Shown in pieces: positions 1 to 13,170 of a stretch of DNA of 64,000 nucleotides. The notes under the pieces were generated by a model. The model was not told where the DNA came from. It saw nothing but the letters and a program-made list of their open reading frames with translations, and did not search any database. The DNA is taken from the NCBI GenBank assembly GCA_964252035.1, contig OZ176207.1; one strand, 5' to 3'. The stretch is from Podarcis erhardii (lineage: Eukaryota). Within the stretch, counting starts at the first letter, position 1. Every line of letters starts with the position of its first letter. The translations under genes were made by a program, and so were the position numbers.

Positions 1-759
1 AGCCTCAGCCCTTGTGGCCAGATCATGCTTTATGAAGTCACAACTACTGCATCTAATACATCCCTTAATGGAACAAACTAATATTGTATTGTGAAACATC
101 TGCAATACTTCTTTAATCATCCATGCAATTTTTTTGCTTTAAGAACATGAAATATGTTGGCTATGATTTAGTGCGTAAGCAGTTCTATAAATATGGCGTA
201 CAGTGCACTTTTATGGAATTTTAAAACACAAGTTCCTGAATTTTATTCAGACAACCAGTAACTTTTAGTTATTTTATTATTTCTCTAGACCATAGAAAAT
301 AATTTTGTCACGAGCGTGAAAAGAAATGGACAGCTCAAAAGGACCTGGATTCTAATACTTGCTTTTAAAACTCTCAGTCTGGGTGCTGTTAATGTTTCAC
401 AGCTTACGTTTCATGGCTGGATTTTTCAAAAACTGTAGTATAAAGATAGGGTTATAGTCAACTGTGTTTTACAGAGTAGACCCATTTAAATTAATAATTT
501 CCTTTCTCCAGGAAACCCATTGTTTCCTCCCTAGTTGTGCTAGAAAAACAAACTTGAATTTGCATGAAATCTGTCATGGGCAGTGGTATTTTTCTAGGAA
601 AAGAAGTGCCGGAACTTACCATAAATGCCTCCCTTATTCTTTTATAATGGCTGTGGCACCTGAGAGGTGCCATAACTGTGTTCCGCTAAGTCCTGTCTGG
701 AAAAAAAACCCTGGTTATGGGTATGGATGACCATCACTGTTTGTGATTTTTCTAATAAG

Positions 760-979
760 GTTTGAGAAGCGCATTTACATTCCCTTACCTGAGGATCATG
801 CAAGAGCTGCAATGTTCAAGCTTCACCTTGGGACCACTCAGAACACCTTGACTGAATCAGATTATCGAGATCTGGGGAAGCGAACCGATGGCTACTCAGG
901 CGCCGACATAAGCGTAATAGTACGAGACGCCCTAATGCAGCCGGTTAGGAAAGTTCAGTCGGCCACACACTTTAAAAAA
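760..979 (+). CDS. VPS4B: VPS4B internal coding exon (exon 9 by human numbering), AAA ATPase C-terminal part
   Basis: AG acceptor 758-759, GTGAGT donor at 980. The 220-nt exon encodes [28 protein letters not shown]...[18 protein letters not shown], characteristic of VPS4. Confidence 0.97.
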
Positions 980-2232
980 GTGAGTAACTGGAACTTCTAA
1001 ATTCTTCTTCTGCATGCTCATCAGAGGTCAACAGGTGGTTGTTTTCAGGACTCAACTGCAGGGTTTTGTCCCAGGTCACGTGTGGTGTCTCTGTAATGCA
1101 GCACAAAGTTTAAGGGGAAGCCTCCTGCACCTCTCGACTTGCAGCTGGGGAAGAAAGGGCGGAAAACAAAACACAACTCCAAACACTTCATAACAAGGTG
1201 CCTACTTTGGTGCCTGCAGGTGCTCTGGCAAACCAACGCATCTCTCCGTTCCAGTTACAAGCCAACAAGGAGAAAGTGCAGCACAGGTATATCAACTTGC
1301 TCGGCCTTTTCACTCAGATTCTCTGAGCCCCCATTGTGTAGAGGGAAGCCCATATACCTGTGCCTCCCTTCTCCAGTGGTGAGCTGAAAACAGGAGGTAT
1401 AAGCATGGTACTGCTCTGTCTTTGTACACACAGTTGGCAAGTGCAGAGCCAAAACAAATCCCAGGCTTCAGCAGAACTCTTGTGCCTCATTGATCCAACA
1501 GGAAAATGACCACACCTGCAGGCAAGCTGTCGAGGAGAGAGCCAACACCATATCTTGGTTCTTGCTATTCTCTACCAGTGTCTTTACAGTCATCTTTAAA
1601 TACTATGGTTTTAAGATTTTACTTGATGGTTGCAGTGCAGGTACTGTATATGAGGAAAGTGTCATCCCTGTCTATTTGTCTGTATCCTCTCCTATTTCAT
1701 AAGCTGTATTTATATTTTAAAAGTGATCCTTGCTTTGTATAAAACTTCTATCCCAAATTTTCCAGAAGTCCTAGGATACCTTTTAAAACAACAACAGTGC
1801 TTACACACAAATGTCCTTTCCTACTATAGTTCATCATATTTGGTTTAAAAGGGCTGCAAGTCATAACATGATACCAGATTCTGCCTGAAATTCTACATGC
1901 TTGAGAATGTAGACAACCAGCTGTCTGTCCCAGAAAGGAGAATCATGAATATTGGTACTAAGCACTATGCAGAGAAAGGGGCTCCTTTTTTTTTTTTTAA
2001 GTGATGTTATCTTGGGCAAATGCTTTCTAAAATCTGGCTTGTTTGTTTAAAAATATATAAACATGTTTTCCGTATTTGGATTATATACACTGTCTTCATC
2101 AAAAAATTCTGAAAGTTTTAAAGGCGGACAGCAGAAAAAGAACTTTACTAGCAGGTCTTCTTGGCAAAGCATCAGAAGCTTATATTGCAGTTGAGTTCTG
2201 ATATGCAGTTGAGTTCTGATTACTGTTTTCTA

Positions 2233-2578
2233 GTGGCGCTGTGGGTTAAACCACAGAGCCTAGGACTTGCCGATCAGAAGGTTGGCGGTTCGAATCCCCG
2301 CGATGGGGTGAGCTCCTGTTGCTCGGTCCCAGCTCCTGCCAACCTAGCAGTTGAAAGCACGTCAAAGTACAAGTAGATAAATAGGTACCGCTCCAGCGGG
2401 AAGGTAAACGGCATTTCCGTGTGCTACTCTGGTTCACCAGAAGTGGCTTAGTCATGCTGGCCACATGACCCGGAAGCTGTACGCCAGCTCCCTCGGCCAA
2501 TAAAGCGAGATGAGCACCGCAACCCCAGAGTCAGTCACGACTGGACCTAATGGTCAGGGGTCTCTTTACCTTTACCTT
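2233..2578 (+). mobile_element. Sauria SINE
   Basis: tRNA-like head with A box (GTGGCGCTGTGG) and B box (GGTTCGAATCC), typical body, 3' (TTTACC)n tail. Similar to other copies in the window. Confidence 0.9.
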
Positions 2579-2887
2579 ATAACTCTCCGCAGAATGGATT
2601 TGGTAGTTGTTCAAATGTATCCTGAGAATGCCCCATCACAAGAACGTAACAAGCAGGACAGGATGTGCTGGTTATGATACTAAACCAAGTTTATTTCTCT
2701 CATGTGCTACATAGCATTAATGCTTTTCTTCCTGCCTGGTATGACTTGGTCTGCCAGAAAATCCACAGAACATTGCTAGCCAAGCTTTTGGGGAAGTACA
2801 GTGGTACCTCAGGTTAGATACGCTTCAGGTTACAGACTCCGCTAACCCAGAAATATTACCTTGGGTTAAGAACTTTGCTTCCTCAAG

Positions 2888-5841
2888 ATGGCGGCGCGTG
2901 CAGACGCTGCGGCTGAGAGCTCCTTTTGGGGGAGTCAGGGTTTGTTAGGACGAATGATTTATAGTCGATACGAAATGCTGTTGTACAGGGACAGAAATAG
3001 CAGCAGATACAGATGTAGAAACTGTTCTGTGTGGGAGCAGCTACAGGCGTGCGAGATTCCAGAAATTGTAAATCATCAGGGGAGGAGGAGGAGAAGAAGA
3101 AGAAGAAGAGGAGGAGGAGAGCGGAAGCAGAAGAGAGGCTGTAGAGGACAAGGTCAAATGAAAGAGAGAAGGAAGATAGGAAACAACGATGTAAACTACA
3201 TCTTCCAAGTATCTTTTATGCTAATGTGAGATTATTGGCAAATAAACTTGATGAATGGAGGCTTCGTGTAGGAGTGGAGGAAGACATCCAGGATTGTTGT
3301 GTGCTGATACTCACAGAGACATGGTTAAATTCAGCTATTCCAGACACAGCTGTTGAATTACAAGGTTTTACAACGTACTGGTGGGACGGGACACAGGATT
3401 CTGGCAAGAAACAAGGTGGGTGGGTGTGTATTTTTGTAAATCAAAACTGGTGTACGGACTCTGTCAAGTTGGATACCTACTGTTCTCCGGATGTGGAATT
3501 TCTGACAATTAAATGCAGACCTTTCTATCTTCCCTGGGAATTTACAACAGCGGTGTTAACAGTGGTGTACATAGCACCAACTGCAAATGCATGCAGGGCC
3601 ATGAGTAGTATGCATGAAAACATCAATGCTAAATTGAGTAGATGTGCACCGGAGGCGGTGCACATTATTGCGGAGGACTTCAATCACACAGATGTGAGGG
3701 TAGTACTCCCAAAATTCCATCAGCACATTGAGTGTGAAACAAGGGAGAAAATACTCTTGACAAGGTGTATACGAACATTAGATGGGCATATGAGGTCAAT
3801 ACCTTGGCACACCTCGGTGGTTCAGATCATGTGTCCCTGCTTCTGACACCAGTATACACACCCCTCAGGAAACAAGGCCAGATACAAACACGGATGGTTA
3901 TGGTGTGGCCTGAGGGAGCCTCTCAGCCACTGCAGGACTGTTTCCAGGAGACCGACTGGAATATCTTCGACCATCAAGATCTAGAAACTTATACATCAAC
4001 GGTCCTGAATTATATTAGATTCTGCACAGCAAATGTCACCAGGGAAAAGTATGTTAAGTTGTATCTAAATAGGAAGCCCTGGATGACAGGGGAGGTTAGG
4101 AGATTATTGAAGGCCAGAAATTCTGCTTTTAGAACTGGGGACCGGGTATTGTATGGCATAGAAAGAGCGAACTTGAAGAGGGGTATCAGGAAAGCAACAG
4201 CGGAGTACAGAGGAAAAATTGAGGACCATCTCAGAAATCATGATACTAGACAAATGTGGCAGGGAGTCCAACATCTGACTGGTTATAAATCAAGGAATTC
4301 ATCAGTGGTAGAGAGTACTGCTTCCTTGGTGGGAGAGTTGAATACCTTCTTTGCCCGATTTGAGGTGACACCAACAGTGACTCCAACAGGGATGCTACAG
4401 CTATTGGCGTCACTACCTACAGGAAATGCTGCCAGGGTGGAAGGGGGAGAAGTGAGGCGAATATTAAAGGAGGTAAACACGAGGAAGGCTATGGGCCCGG
4501 ATGGGGTGGCTGGCAGGGTGCTAAGAGATTGTTCGGACCAACTGGCAGGAATATTTACAAAGAATTTTAACCAGTCTCTGGCCCAAGCCACTGTTCCACC
4601 CTGTCTGAAATCCGCTACCATTATGCCCCTGCCAAAAACATCAAAGATAGACAGTCTGAATGATTTTCGCCCTGTGGCGTTGACACCCATTATAATGAAA
4701 TGTTTCAAAAAACTGGTGAGGAAGCGCATCTTATCTTGTCTGCCAGTGGGACTTGACCCTTACCAGTTTGCGTACAAGGCAAAGAGATCCACAGAGGATG
4801 CTGTGGCAATGGCTTTACATGCTGTCCTGACTCATTTGGAGAAGCAAGGGAACTACACGAGACTGTTATTTGTAGACTTTAGTTCTGCATTTAATGCTAT
4901 TCTTCCGCATAGATTGATGCCCAAATTATTAGACCTGGGACTTCCACCATGCCTGTGCAGGTGGATATTAGACTTTCTATCAAACCGTTCCCAAAGGGTC
5001 AGGTTGGGTTCCCACGTCTCTGCGGATCTCATCACGAATACGGGGACGCCGCAGGGGTGCGTGTTGAGCCCGCTTTTATATACGCTCTATACAGCTGACT
5101 GTGCCCCCAAATACCCCAGTAATAAGATCATTAAGTTCGCAGATGATACAACGGTGGTTGGTTTAATTACTGCTGGAGAGGGGGAGGCGGCCTATAGGAA
5201 GGAAGTTGTGCAGTTGGGGGAGTGGTGCAGGAAAAACAACTTACTCCTTAACTTAAAGAAAACAAAAGAGATCATTGTGGACTTTAGGAAATGTAAATTG
5301 AATATTCAGCCACTTATTATTGAGGGGAAGTGCGTGGAACAGGTCTCGATGTTTCGATTTCTGGGAATGGAGTTGAGAGACGACCTAACCTGGGGAGAGA
5401 ACAGCAAAGACCTGGTGAAGAGAGCACAGCAGAGGTTATATTTTCTGAGAATCCTCTGGAAAAACAATCTCTCTAAGGACCTGTTGATCGCATTTTACCA
5501 TTGCACTGTGGAGAGCGTACTAACTTATGGTCTGTGTGTGTGGTTTGGGAGCTGCACGGCCAGGGAAAAAACAATGCTATCCAGGGTTGTAAAGACTGCA
5601 GAGAGAATTATTGGGTGCACTCTTCCCACCTTAGATCAAATATATGCTGCCAGGTGCCATAAGAAAGCGGCAGAGATAGCACATGATAGTACGCACCCCG
5701 GAAATGATCTCTTTCAGCTTCTGCCTTCTGGAAGAAGGTATAGGGTTATAAAGGCCAGGACTAGCCGCCCGAGAAACAGTTTCTACACTAATGCAATTCT
5801 GATTCTAAACGCAGCATATACTCTGTTGTATAGTGTATTTT
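2888..5841 (+). pseudogene. Frameshifted EN-RT polyprotein of the Rex1 element
   Basis: Three consecutive ORF pieces (2888-3229, 3226-3846, 3765-5867) join into one protein with frameshifts near 3140-3195 and about 3745. Confidence 0.85.
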
Positions 5842-6368
5842 TTTTATTTTATTTTTTTATTTTATAAATATATTTATTTGTTTTTCCAAAAACAAAAGAA
5901 ACATCAAAACAACCCAAAACAGCAAAAACAGTACACCGAATAAAAAATAATAAAAAAGAGAAAGTTAAAAACAAAAACTCCAGTTTTCAGCCTCATGTTT
6001 ACAGAACCTTCTTTCTTGACCTCCTCACGCCTCCCTTTTTCGTGTTCCTCTTTGTCCAATCAGATACAGCAAATCCTTACCCTTCTTCAAAACTCATTTC
6101 TAATTATTGTAATCACTTCTATTATGTCTCCAATCTTTCCTCCTTATAATTAAACACCTTTAACATATTATTTACTTTGACATAATATAACCTTATTTTT
6201 TCGCCCTTTTTCTATTACATTTTTTGCATATTTTTTAACACTGTACCACTGATGCCATGTTATTTCATATCCAACATCATTTTAGCATTCATACACTTTA
6301 CAGTGTTTCTGCAGATAATTCTTGAACTTCTTCCAGTCCTCTTCCACCGCTTCTTCTCCCAGGTTGTA
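5842..6368 (-). mobile_element. 5'-truncated L1-like LINE 3' end inserted in the Rex1 3'UTR
   Basis: 14-bp TSD GTATAGTGTATTTT (5828-5841, 6369-6382), TT/AAAA-type target, A-rich tail on the minus strand, residual ORF end NLGEEAVEEDWKKFKNYLQKHCKVYEC-stop. Confidence 0.75.
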
Positions 6369-7026
6369 GTATAGTGTATTTTAAAATGGGGTTTTAGAGT
6401 TTTTAGGGGGTTTTGAATGTTTTATGTAGTTTTTATGTAGTTTTATGTAGTTTTTCAATTTCATTGTTCCGCAAGGGACAATGACAATAAAGATATCGTA
6501 ATCGTAATCGTAATCAGGATGAGAACAGAAATCGTGCTCTGGCAGTGCAGCGACAGCAAGAGGCCCCATTAGCTAAAGTGGTGCTTCAGGTTAAGAACAG
6601 TTTCAGGTTAAGAATAGACCTCCAGAACGAATTAAGTTCTTAACCCGAGGTACCACTGTATGTCAATAGCCAAGTCTAAAGAAGTACATAGTGCTACTCT
6701 TAAGGCACACTATAAGTACAGGTGCAACCCTGCCTTTGCATAGATGTGGGTTTGGGTCTAAAACTTGGCGAAGTAAACAGGGAAAATAAGCTTAATTATG
6801 CCACATAATTACATCTATGGGTTCTCTTGTTCTTTCAAGCTTGCTATAAAGTCACATTGCCTTTGGCACAGGATGCCACTTATGTCCTAGATTCACAAAA
6901 CAAAACATCCTTGTTCATTTGTTTCCTGTTAAAGATAAACAGGTATGCCTTTTACCATTGACCTTGTTTGACAGAACCTCCAAATGCATTTACTCCTGCA
7001 ACTGAGAAATTTTGCTTCTTCCAAAG

Positions 7027-7164
7027 GTGAAAGGACCATCACTGTCTGATCCAAACGTTCAAGTAGATCTGTTCACTCCATGTTCTCCGGGAGAACCAAG
7101 TGCCATTGAAATGACGTGGATGGATGTGCCAGGGGATAAACTACTGGAGCCTGTTGTTGCAATG
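7027..7164 (+). CDS. VPS4B: VPS4B penultimate coding exon (beta domain)
   Basis: ccaaag|GTG acceptor and ATG|gttagt donor. 138 nt encoding [46 protein letters not shown], in phase with neighbouring exons. Confidence 0.97.
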
Positions 7165-8124
7165 GTTAGTCTTTGTTTTCCTATGGATGTTTTTGCCTTG
7201 GATTAGCTCTGCCAGAGGTCACAGCCTTATAATTAAACCAGTGTCCTATTTTCTGGGCTTACTGAATACCGATATAATTCCGATGGCTTAGTGATGGGTG
7301 TACTCAATTGCTCACAAGAGAGATATGTCCCTTCTTCCTGCAACTTCTCTCCAATCAAAAAAGCTCCTCCCTGTTGTGCTTTGCCATCCTGGAAGGTATT
7401 GTGAAAGAATTCTGAGAGTGTGCCCTTGCATGCACTCCTGTCCTAAACCTTCCTGCACTAGCTGATATTCTTTATGTGGACCCTTCTTACTTTGTGCATC
7501 AAATGCTTAGGATGTGGTTGTTCCTCATAAAGATGATAAAGGTGAAGGGTTTCAGTATCTCCTCACTGCCTTGCATTAAATACTTGGAAAATGACACTCA
7601 ATATAAGTTGTGTAGAATTATATATAAATGGTTTGCTGCTTTCCTCTGAAGTTCAACCACCACTATTACAAAAACATACCTACTATTGTTGTAAAAGTTC
7701 CAGACTGGATGTGGTTTATGCAGAGTGACAAAGTTGAGTATATTGATTGAAGAAGGTGGTGAGTGCACTAGAATGGGAGATGTGAACTATTTATTAGATA
7801 TTTTGTAAAATTATTGAATTCAGTATACAAAACAACTGTATATAATTTTATATTTGATCAACCCTGCTGCCTCCTCCCCCTTGCCAGTGTAAGACCGTGA
7901 AGAAGTACATCCCAAAATCAGTTCAAGTACTTTATTTTACATAATTAGAATCAACAAAACCGAAAAACTACAGCTCCCCACTCTGGAGCTTTTTTCACCG
8001 TTGAAATAAATATCAGTTCCCACACAATAACAGGAGACATTTCTATAAATAAATTTGAAGTTTAGTTTAAGCCCCAATACCCCTTCCGCCACATTATTAA
8101 GGGTATTATTCATTTGTGGTAGTA

Positions 8125-8434
8125 CAGTGGTGCCTTGCAAGACGAAAAGAATCCGTTCCGCGAGTCTCTTCGTCTAGCGGTTTTTCCGTCTTGCGAAGCA
8201 AGCCCATTAGCGGATTAGCGGATTAGCGCTATTAGCGGCTTAGCAGATAAGCGGCTTAGCGGCTTAGAAAAAGGGGGGAAAGGGGGGGAGAGTCAGAAAA
8301 ACTCGCAAGACATTTTCGTCTTGCGAAGCAAGCCCATAGGGAAATTCGTCTTGCGAAGCACCTCCAAAACGGAAAACCCTTTCATCTAGCAGGTTTTTCG
8401 TCTTGCGAGGCATTCGTCTTGCGGGGCACCACTG
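8125..8434. mobile_element. Tc1/mariner MITE family B
   Basis: TIRs CAGTGGTGCC...GGCACCACTG, TA TSD, repeated subterminal CGTCTTGCGA motifs, internal (TTAGCGG)-like array. Second copy at 31840. Confidence 0.9.
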
Positions 8435-10495
8435 TACAAAATTAAAACTGCTTGTACATAAATAATATTGTCTAAGGCTGAAAGGAAATATCTAATTTGG
8501 GTGTGCCCTGTGGATTTGTGCCTTCTTCCTGTATCCTAAAACTGACGTTGAAAGTATCCTCCAGTTTCAAAAACAGTTTGCCATGAGATATAATTAACAA
8601 ACTTTACCCTATGAAAATACAGGATGAAAAACAATTAGTCATTAGTTGTGGCTCTTGACTACAATATTTTGTTGTCAAGTTATTCTTAAGTGATATGGAG
8701 TAGCAACATCATAATAACAATCAAACATTTAATATTATGACAGCCACCTTATTGACCTGGTTTTCCATTAATTGTAAGTCAGACAATGGCTTACTGCAAA
8801 CAAGCAAGCATGCTGGTTTTATTGTTATCATTGCTTTCTTTGCTGCGAATTATTTTGTATTGTGAATTTTATTGTTACCAATCTTTTACTGCCATTTTTG
8901 TCAGGGAATGTAGGGAATAAATGGAAATCTGCTGAACTGCAAATGAGTTAAAAAAGAAAAGGCTCTAAAAGTTGCTTGCTGCTTCTAAGTATCTGTGAAG
9001 TTTTTGCATTTTCTTTCAACTCTAGCATAAAAGTTACATCCCGTATGGGGCTCACTGACAAAAATCCATGTGCCCAACAAGCTTTGTAATTTCTCTTGAG
9101 TCTTTCTTTCTGAAAAGAGGAAGGCTTGCAAGTATTTTTGAATAATGACTTCATTACATCAAAGTCTGCTTCCTACAACCTGTCCAGTGGTCAAGGGAAA
9201 TGAAAGCTTGTTTATGCCCATAACACATAATTTGCTCTCATTTTCCTTCCTAAACCTTTGCTCAGCGGGCAGCCATATGGTGGATATTGTTTCTGGGATT
9301 ATACCCTTTAACAAGTCTAAACTTGCTGGTGGTAACTTTTTTGGGCAAAATCTCATGGTTCCGCCTGGTACTTTTGTCATCCAATAGTAATGAATTCCTC
9401 TAACAAATCTGTGTATGTTGTGTTTACGAAAGGGTTTGTTATGTCCGTTTAAAAAATAACAAAGAACATCCTTAGGAGATAAATATAAAAATACGGTGAA
9501 TGGGGGTACATTGTTGCCTACCCATGAGGCTTCAAGATTCATTGGGTATAAATAGTTATATCACTTGGAGGATCAAAACTTAATAACTTCCCCTGTACTT
9601 TAATGTGGGTTCCTAACAATTACAGGCTTCAAAAGGCAAATGCATGCTGATTCTGCAGGTGAGTGATGGCGGAATTGTTGTGATTCTGTCATGTCAAGAA
9701 TTGGTGTGGCCTAGTAGCTATGGGACAGAGCTGGTACCTGGGTTGCCACAGCCATGAATTTGTTAGGTCATCACATGCCCTTAGCCCTTTTGCAATATGA
9801 GGACAATACTGATCTGCTTTACATGATTGCTCTAATAGTTGTTATATACATTAAATGCATTGAATAATGAAGTTGTTAAATACTGAATGGATTTACTGAA
9901 TAACAATCTGTTCTCATATCTGTTCCCAACCCTTGGAGTGTGCGAGGAAGTGTTCATTCACTTTCTTACCATTATGCTGTCATTTCGCGAGGCCCAGAAG
10001 TCATTCTGCGAACACTTTTCATGAACACTTATTCAGGATTAGATTAGATTTGATTGATTATCAATTTATTTACCTTCCTTCATCCAAGGATCACAGGGTG
10101 ATTTACATTAAACATGCTTCTGAGTAAACATGCGTAGGATCGTGTTGTCAAGCAGTAATTGACATGCATGGGTCTAACTACCTGTAATTTAAAGTAGGTG
10201 TGGTGACATAGATTTCCTGGTCTCAAGTATCATGGTTGCTTAATAATATTGGTTAGCTTCCATCTTTGTCACATGAATGATTGGTAAAATATATGTAGAA
10301 ATGTGTTGGCTCTTCTGTATCTTCATGGCTGCTTCTGTATCTTCATGGCTGCTTCTTATATTTCCCCCCTCTATTGTGTAATTGAGCTGTGAAGTTGGCA
10401 AATGTATGTTGGTGACTTTTCTTTCTAATTGCACGTAGTTTGTTTACATGGAGAAATATTTGGCTCTTGACTGTTTGCTTTTCTCTATGTGGCAG

Positions 10496-10597
10496 GCGGA
10501 TATGCTGAGGTCATTAGCCAACACAAAGCCCACTGTGAATGAACATGACCTGGAAAAACTAAAGAAGTTCACAGAAGATTTTGGACAGGAAGGCTAA
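10496..10597 (+). CDS. VPS4B: VPS4B last coding exon
   Basis: ggcag|GCG acceptor. Encodes [33 protein letters not shown]-stop (TAA 10595-10597), the VPS4 C-terminus. Confidence 0.97.
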   Translation, partial: ADMLRSLANTKPTVNEHDLEKLKKFTEDFGQEG

Positions 10598-12561
10598 TCC
10601 AAAGACCATTGAGACCCTAAATTTCTTTATTTGGAATTCTTGCCTCTTTATTGCCAATAAATGAATTGCGCCTTCCTTCCTTTCCATATGAACTGATGAG
10701 CCATTTGCAAGGACCCTTGAGCTTTTATATTATCACTTTCCAGAAATATCTATTAAATGTCTTCTTCTGAGAGCATGATACTGGGATCTTGTGGCGAAGA
10801 AGGAGGAAAACGTGGTGAAAACACTTTAACATGTAACAGCCCCTTTAGCTATTGCAGTTTTTTAAGTTTGGATTTCAGGTAATTTATACTAGTCCTAGTT
10901 TATCAATATTATAAAACTCCTATAGACCAAAAACAGGGATGGGGTATTTGTGACATTCCAAATGTCATAGAACTCTCAGCTTTCATCAGACCTGGCCAAT
11001 ATTGGCAATGGTCAGGAATGATTAAAGTTGTGGTTCAACTATATCTGAGGGTTACAGGTTCCCCACCCCAGCCTAAAAAACAAAACAAGTTGGGCAGAAG
11101 ACACATTGATTGCCTGGTGTTTTCAGCGTCAGTCAATTTTGTCTGCAAAGAAATTCTCCATTTGAAATTATGCAGCATTTGGTAATATATGTAGTTACAT
11201 GGGAGTTGATTATAAAGAATAGCGAAAGAAATTGGGGTTGGGAAGTGGGAAAGAAGAACTTGCATTTTTAAAAAGGCCAGTACTTAACTGAGCATAATGT
11301 TGAACTGGTACTTTGTCTTTTGTTTTCTGCTGTGTGGTATTCAGACATTGCCTTAAAAGCAGCAAGCATTGTTTTTAACACCAATAGACACCTGTCACTG
11401 TGCAACCTACCAGAAAATAACTTGCAAAATAAATAAATATTTTGGAGAAACGTTTCCTCCCCCCTCCTGTTTTCATGGAACATTTCTGTTGGGTAAGAAT
11501 CCATGGACAACCCTGCAGACCAAATTTTAGCAAGCCATTCATTGAGGGAAGGATAATTCTGGACTCATTTGCAAAGCAACTTTGGGACCAAGTAGGGAAC
11601 GGCGTAGCAAACCTCTCTGAGGTGCCAAGGGAAGTTGGTCTTGTTCAGAGTCTACCTACAAATGTCTAGCTTATTAGTTCAATAACTAAATATATTGGGA
11701 ATGGGTTGACATTTCTTTAAACACAGTATAGGGGTAGTGCATATGGGTTCCCCGCCTCCCAAGGCCTTTGCTAAGAATTATTCATCTTAGAGAAGTGCCT
11801 GAATGTAACTTACAACACTGCGGACACAGCACTGAGTTGTGCCTTGTAAGTTTGCCCCTGTTGTAGACAAGTGATAATCAATAATGTAACACATTGCATT
11901 ATTGTTAATAGAATTGTACCTTGTAGATGCTTTGTGCTTTACAAGATTTCTGAGTTTATTAAGTACTGTATGGTTACTCTCATGAGATTTGGTTTTGTTT
12001 TTCTGTACATATTCTGTGTACTTTCTGAAATCATAGGACTGGTGGAAATTTGCTTATGAATGAAGTAAAAAGTTGCAATACAACACTAGCTTATGTTTCT
12101 TTAGTTTTTTTTTCCCTTTTGGGCAGCTTTATATGTTAAAATATTTGTTACATTAATTTTTGAATATGCTCAGAAATACAATTCAAATGATATTCTGAAA
12201 TCTACTCAAAGACATTTTTGAGAACACATCTTTGAAACTGCACTTTACTTTTTATAGTTCTATATTGCAGTGCTTCATTTTTCATTTATTGACAAACATT
12301 TTTCAGAGCACTGAACTCTTTACTGTCATATGCATTGTGTAGACCCAGCATTTTCCATACCTACTTTCTTACTGCTTGCTTCTACTGCCTGCTGCATTAT
12401 ATCTGCTTTCAAAATCAAGTGGATTTGAGACTTGGTTTTGAGATGTTGAGCTTCACCTTGTGTTCATGTTATGATGTCTGCACTCTTAGAACATTTGGCA
12501 CTTATATCATGGAGACCGTAGGTCATCAGTCAAAGCTCTTCTGTAACGGTTTAAAATCCAA

Positions 12562-12567
12562 AATAAA
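12562..12567 (+). terminator. Probable distal poly(A) signal of VPS4B (proximal AATAAA also at 10656-10661)
   Basis: AATAAA about 2 kb after the stop, at the end of an AU-rich stretch and just before the first SINE. Site usage is inferred. Confidence 0.5.
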
Positions 12568-12719
12568 ATAATGTTCATGTACTGATTCCATTTGCTTGAA
12601 TAACTATTTGTTAGGGGTTTTGCAGCAATTACCAATTTCTGCAACATTTTAGTTAGGTAATTCCCAAAAGATGGTTTACGGAGAATGAAATCCAAAATCT
12701 TCTTACACCTGCAGTATTA

Positions 12720-13009
12720 AAGGTAAAGGTACCCCTGACCCTTAGGTCCAGTCGCAGATGACTCTGGGGTTGTGGCACTCATCTCACTCTATAGGCCGAG
12801 GGAGCCAACGTTTGTCCACAGACAGCTTCTGGGTCATGTGGCCAGCATGACTAAGCCGCTTCTGGCTAACCAGAGCAGCACACGGAAACGCTGTTTACCT
12901 TCCCGCCGTAGCAATACCTATTTATCTACTTGCACTTGACGTGCTTTCGAACTGCTGGGTGGGCAGGAGCTGAGACCGAACAACGGGAGCTCACCCTGCC
13001 ATGGGGATT
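12720..13009 (-). mobile_element. 5'-truncated Sauria SINE
   Basis: Reverse-complement SINE body flanked by 12-bp TSD CCTGCAGTATTA (12708-12719, 13010-13021). Confidence 0.88.
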
Positions 13010-13170
13010 CCTGCAGTATTAGAATAGTATTAATTCCTTCAATTTAAGGTGGTGAACTGATTTGCTGCCATTATCGCCATGTTTTAAAAGTAATTTGACT
13101 ATTCCTTCTTTCAAGGAGGAACATCACAGTTCCAGATAAAATATTGCCTGAAAAGTATATTGGAGGGGAG

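Larger units (their letters stand above)
2882..6515 (+). mobile_element. Near full-length Rex1/Babar-clade LINE (APE endonuclease + reverse transcriptase)
   Basis: 5' end CTCAAGATGGCGGCG. EN motifs LTETWL, CRPFYLP, VYIAP, EDFN, SDH; RT motifs QFAY, FVDFSSAF, PQGCVLSPLLY, FADD. 3' end ACAATAAAG plus (ATCGTA)3ATC tail. Confidence 0.88.
2799..6658. mobile_element. Tc1/mariner (Tigger/pogo-like) MITE family A, split by a Rex1 insertion (halves 2799-2881 and 6516-6658)
   Basis: TIRs CAGTGGTACCTC...GAGGTACCACTG with TA on both sides (2797-98, 6659-60). The halves rejoin as GCTTC|AGGATGAG, as in the copy ending at 26585 (opposite orientation). Confidence 0.9.

Noticed and set aside
2233-2310. tRNA-like A/B boxes in the SINE heads
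   Set aside because: They continue into Sauria SINE bodies and lack a full cloverleaf, so they are not tRNA genes.
7027-7164. VPS4B beta-domain exon is one codon shorter than human (46 vs 47 aa, from recall)
   Set aside because: In-frame change in a variable loop, probably shared across sauropsids.
8125-8434. Regularly repeated motifs resembling a CRISPR-like array
   Set aside because: Eukaryotic DNA; the repeats are MITE subterminal motifs and a minisatellite without unique spacers.
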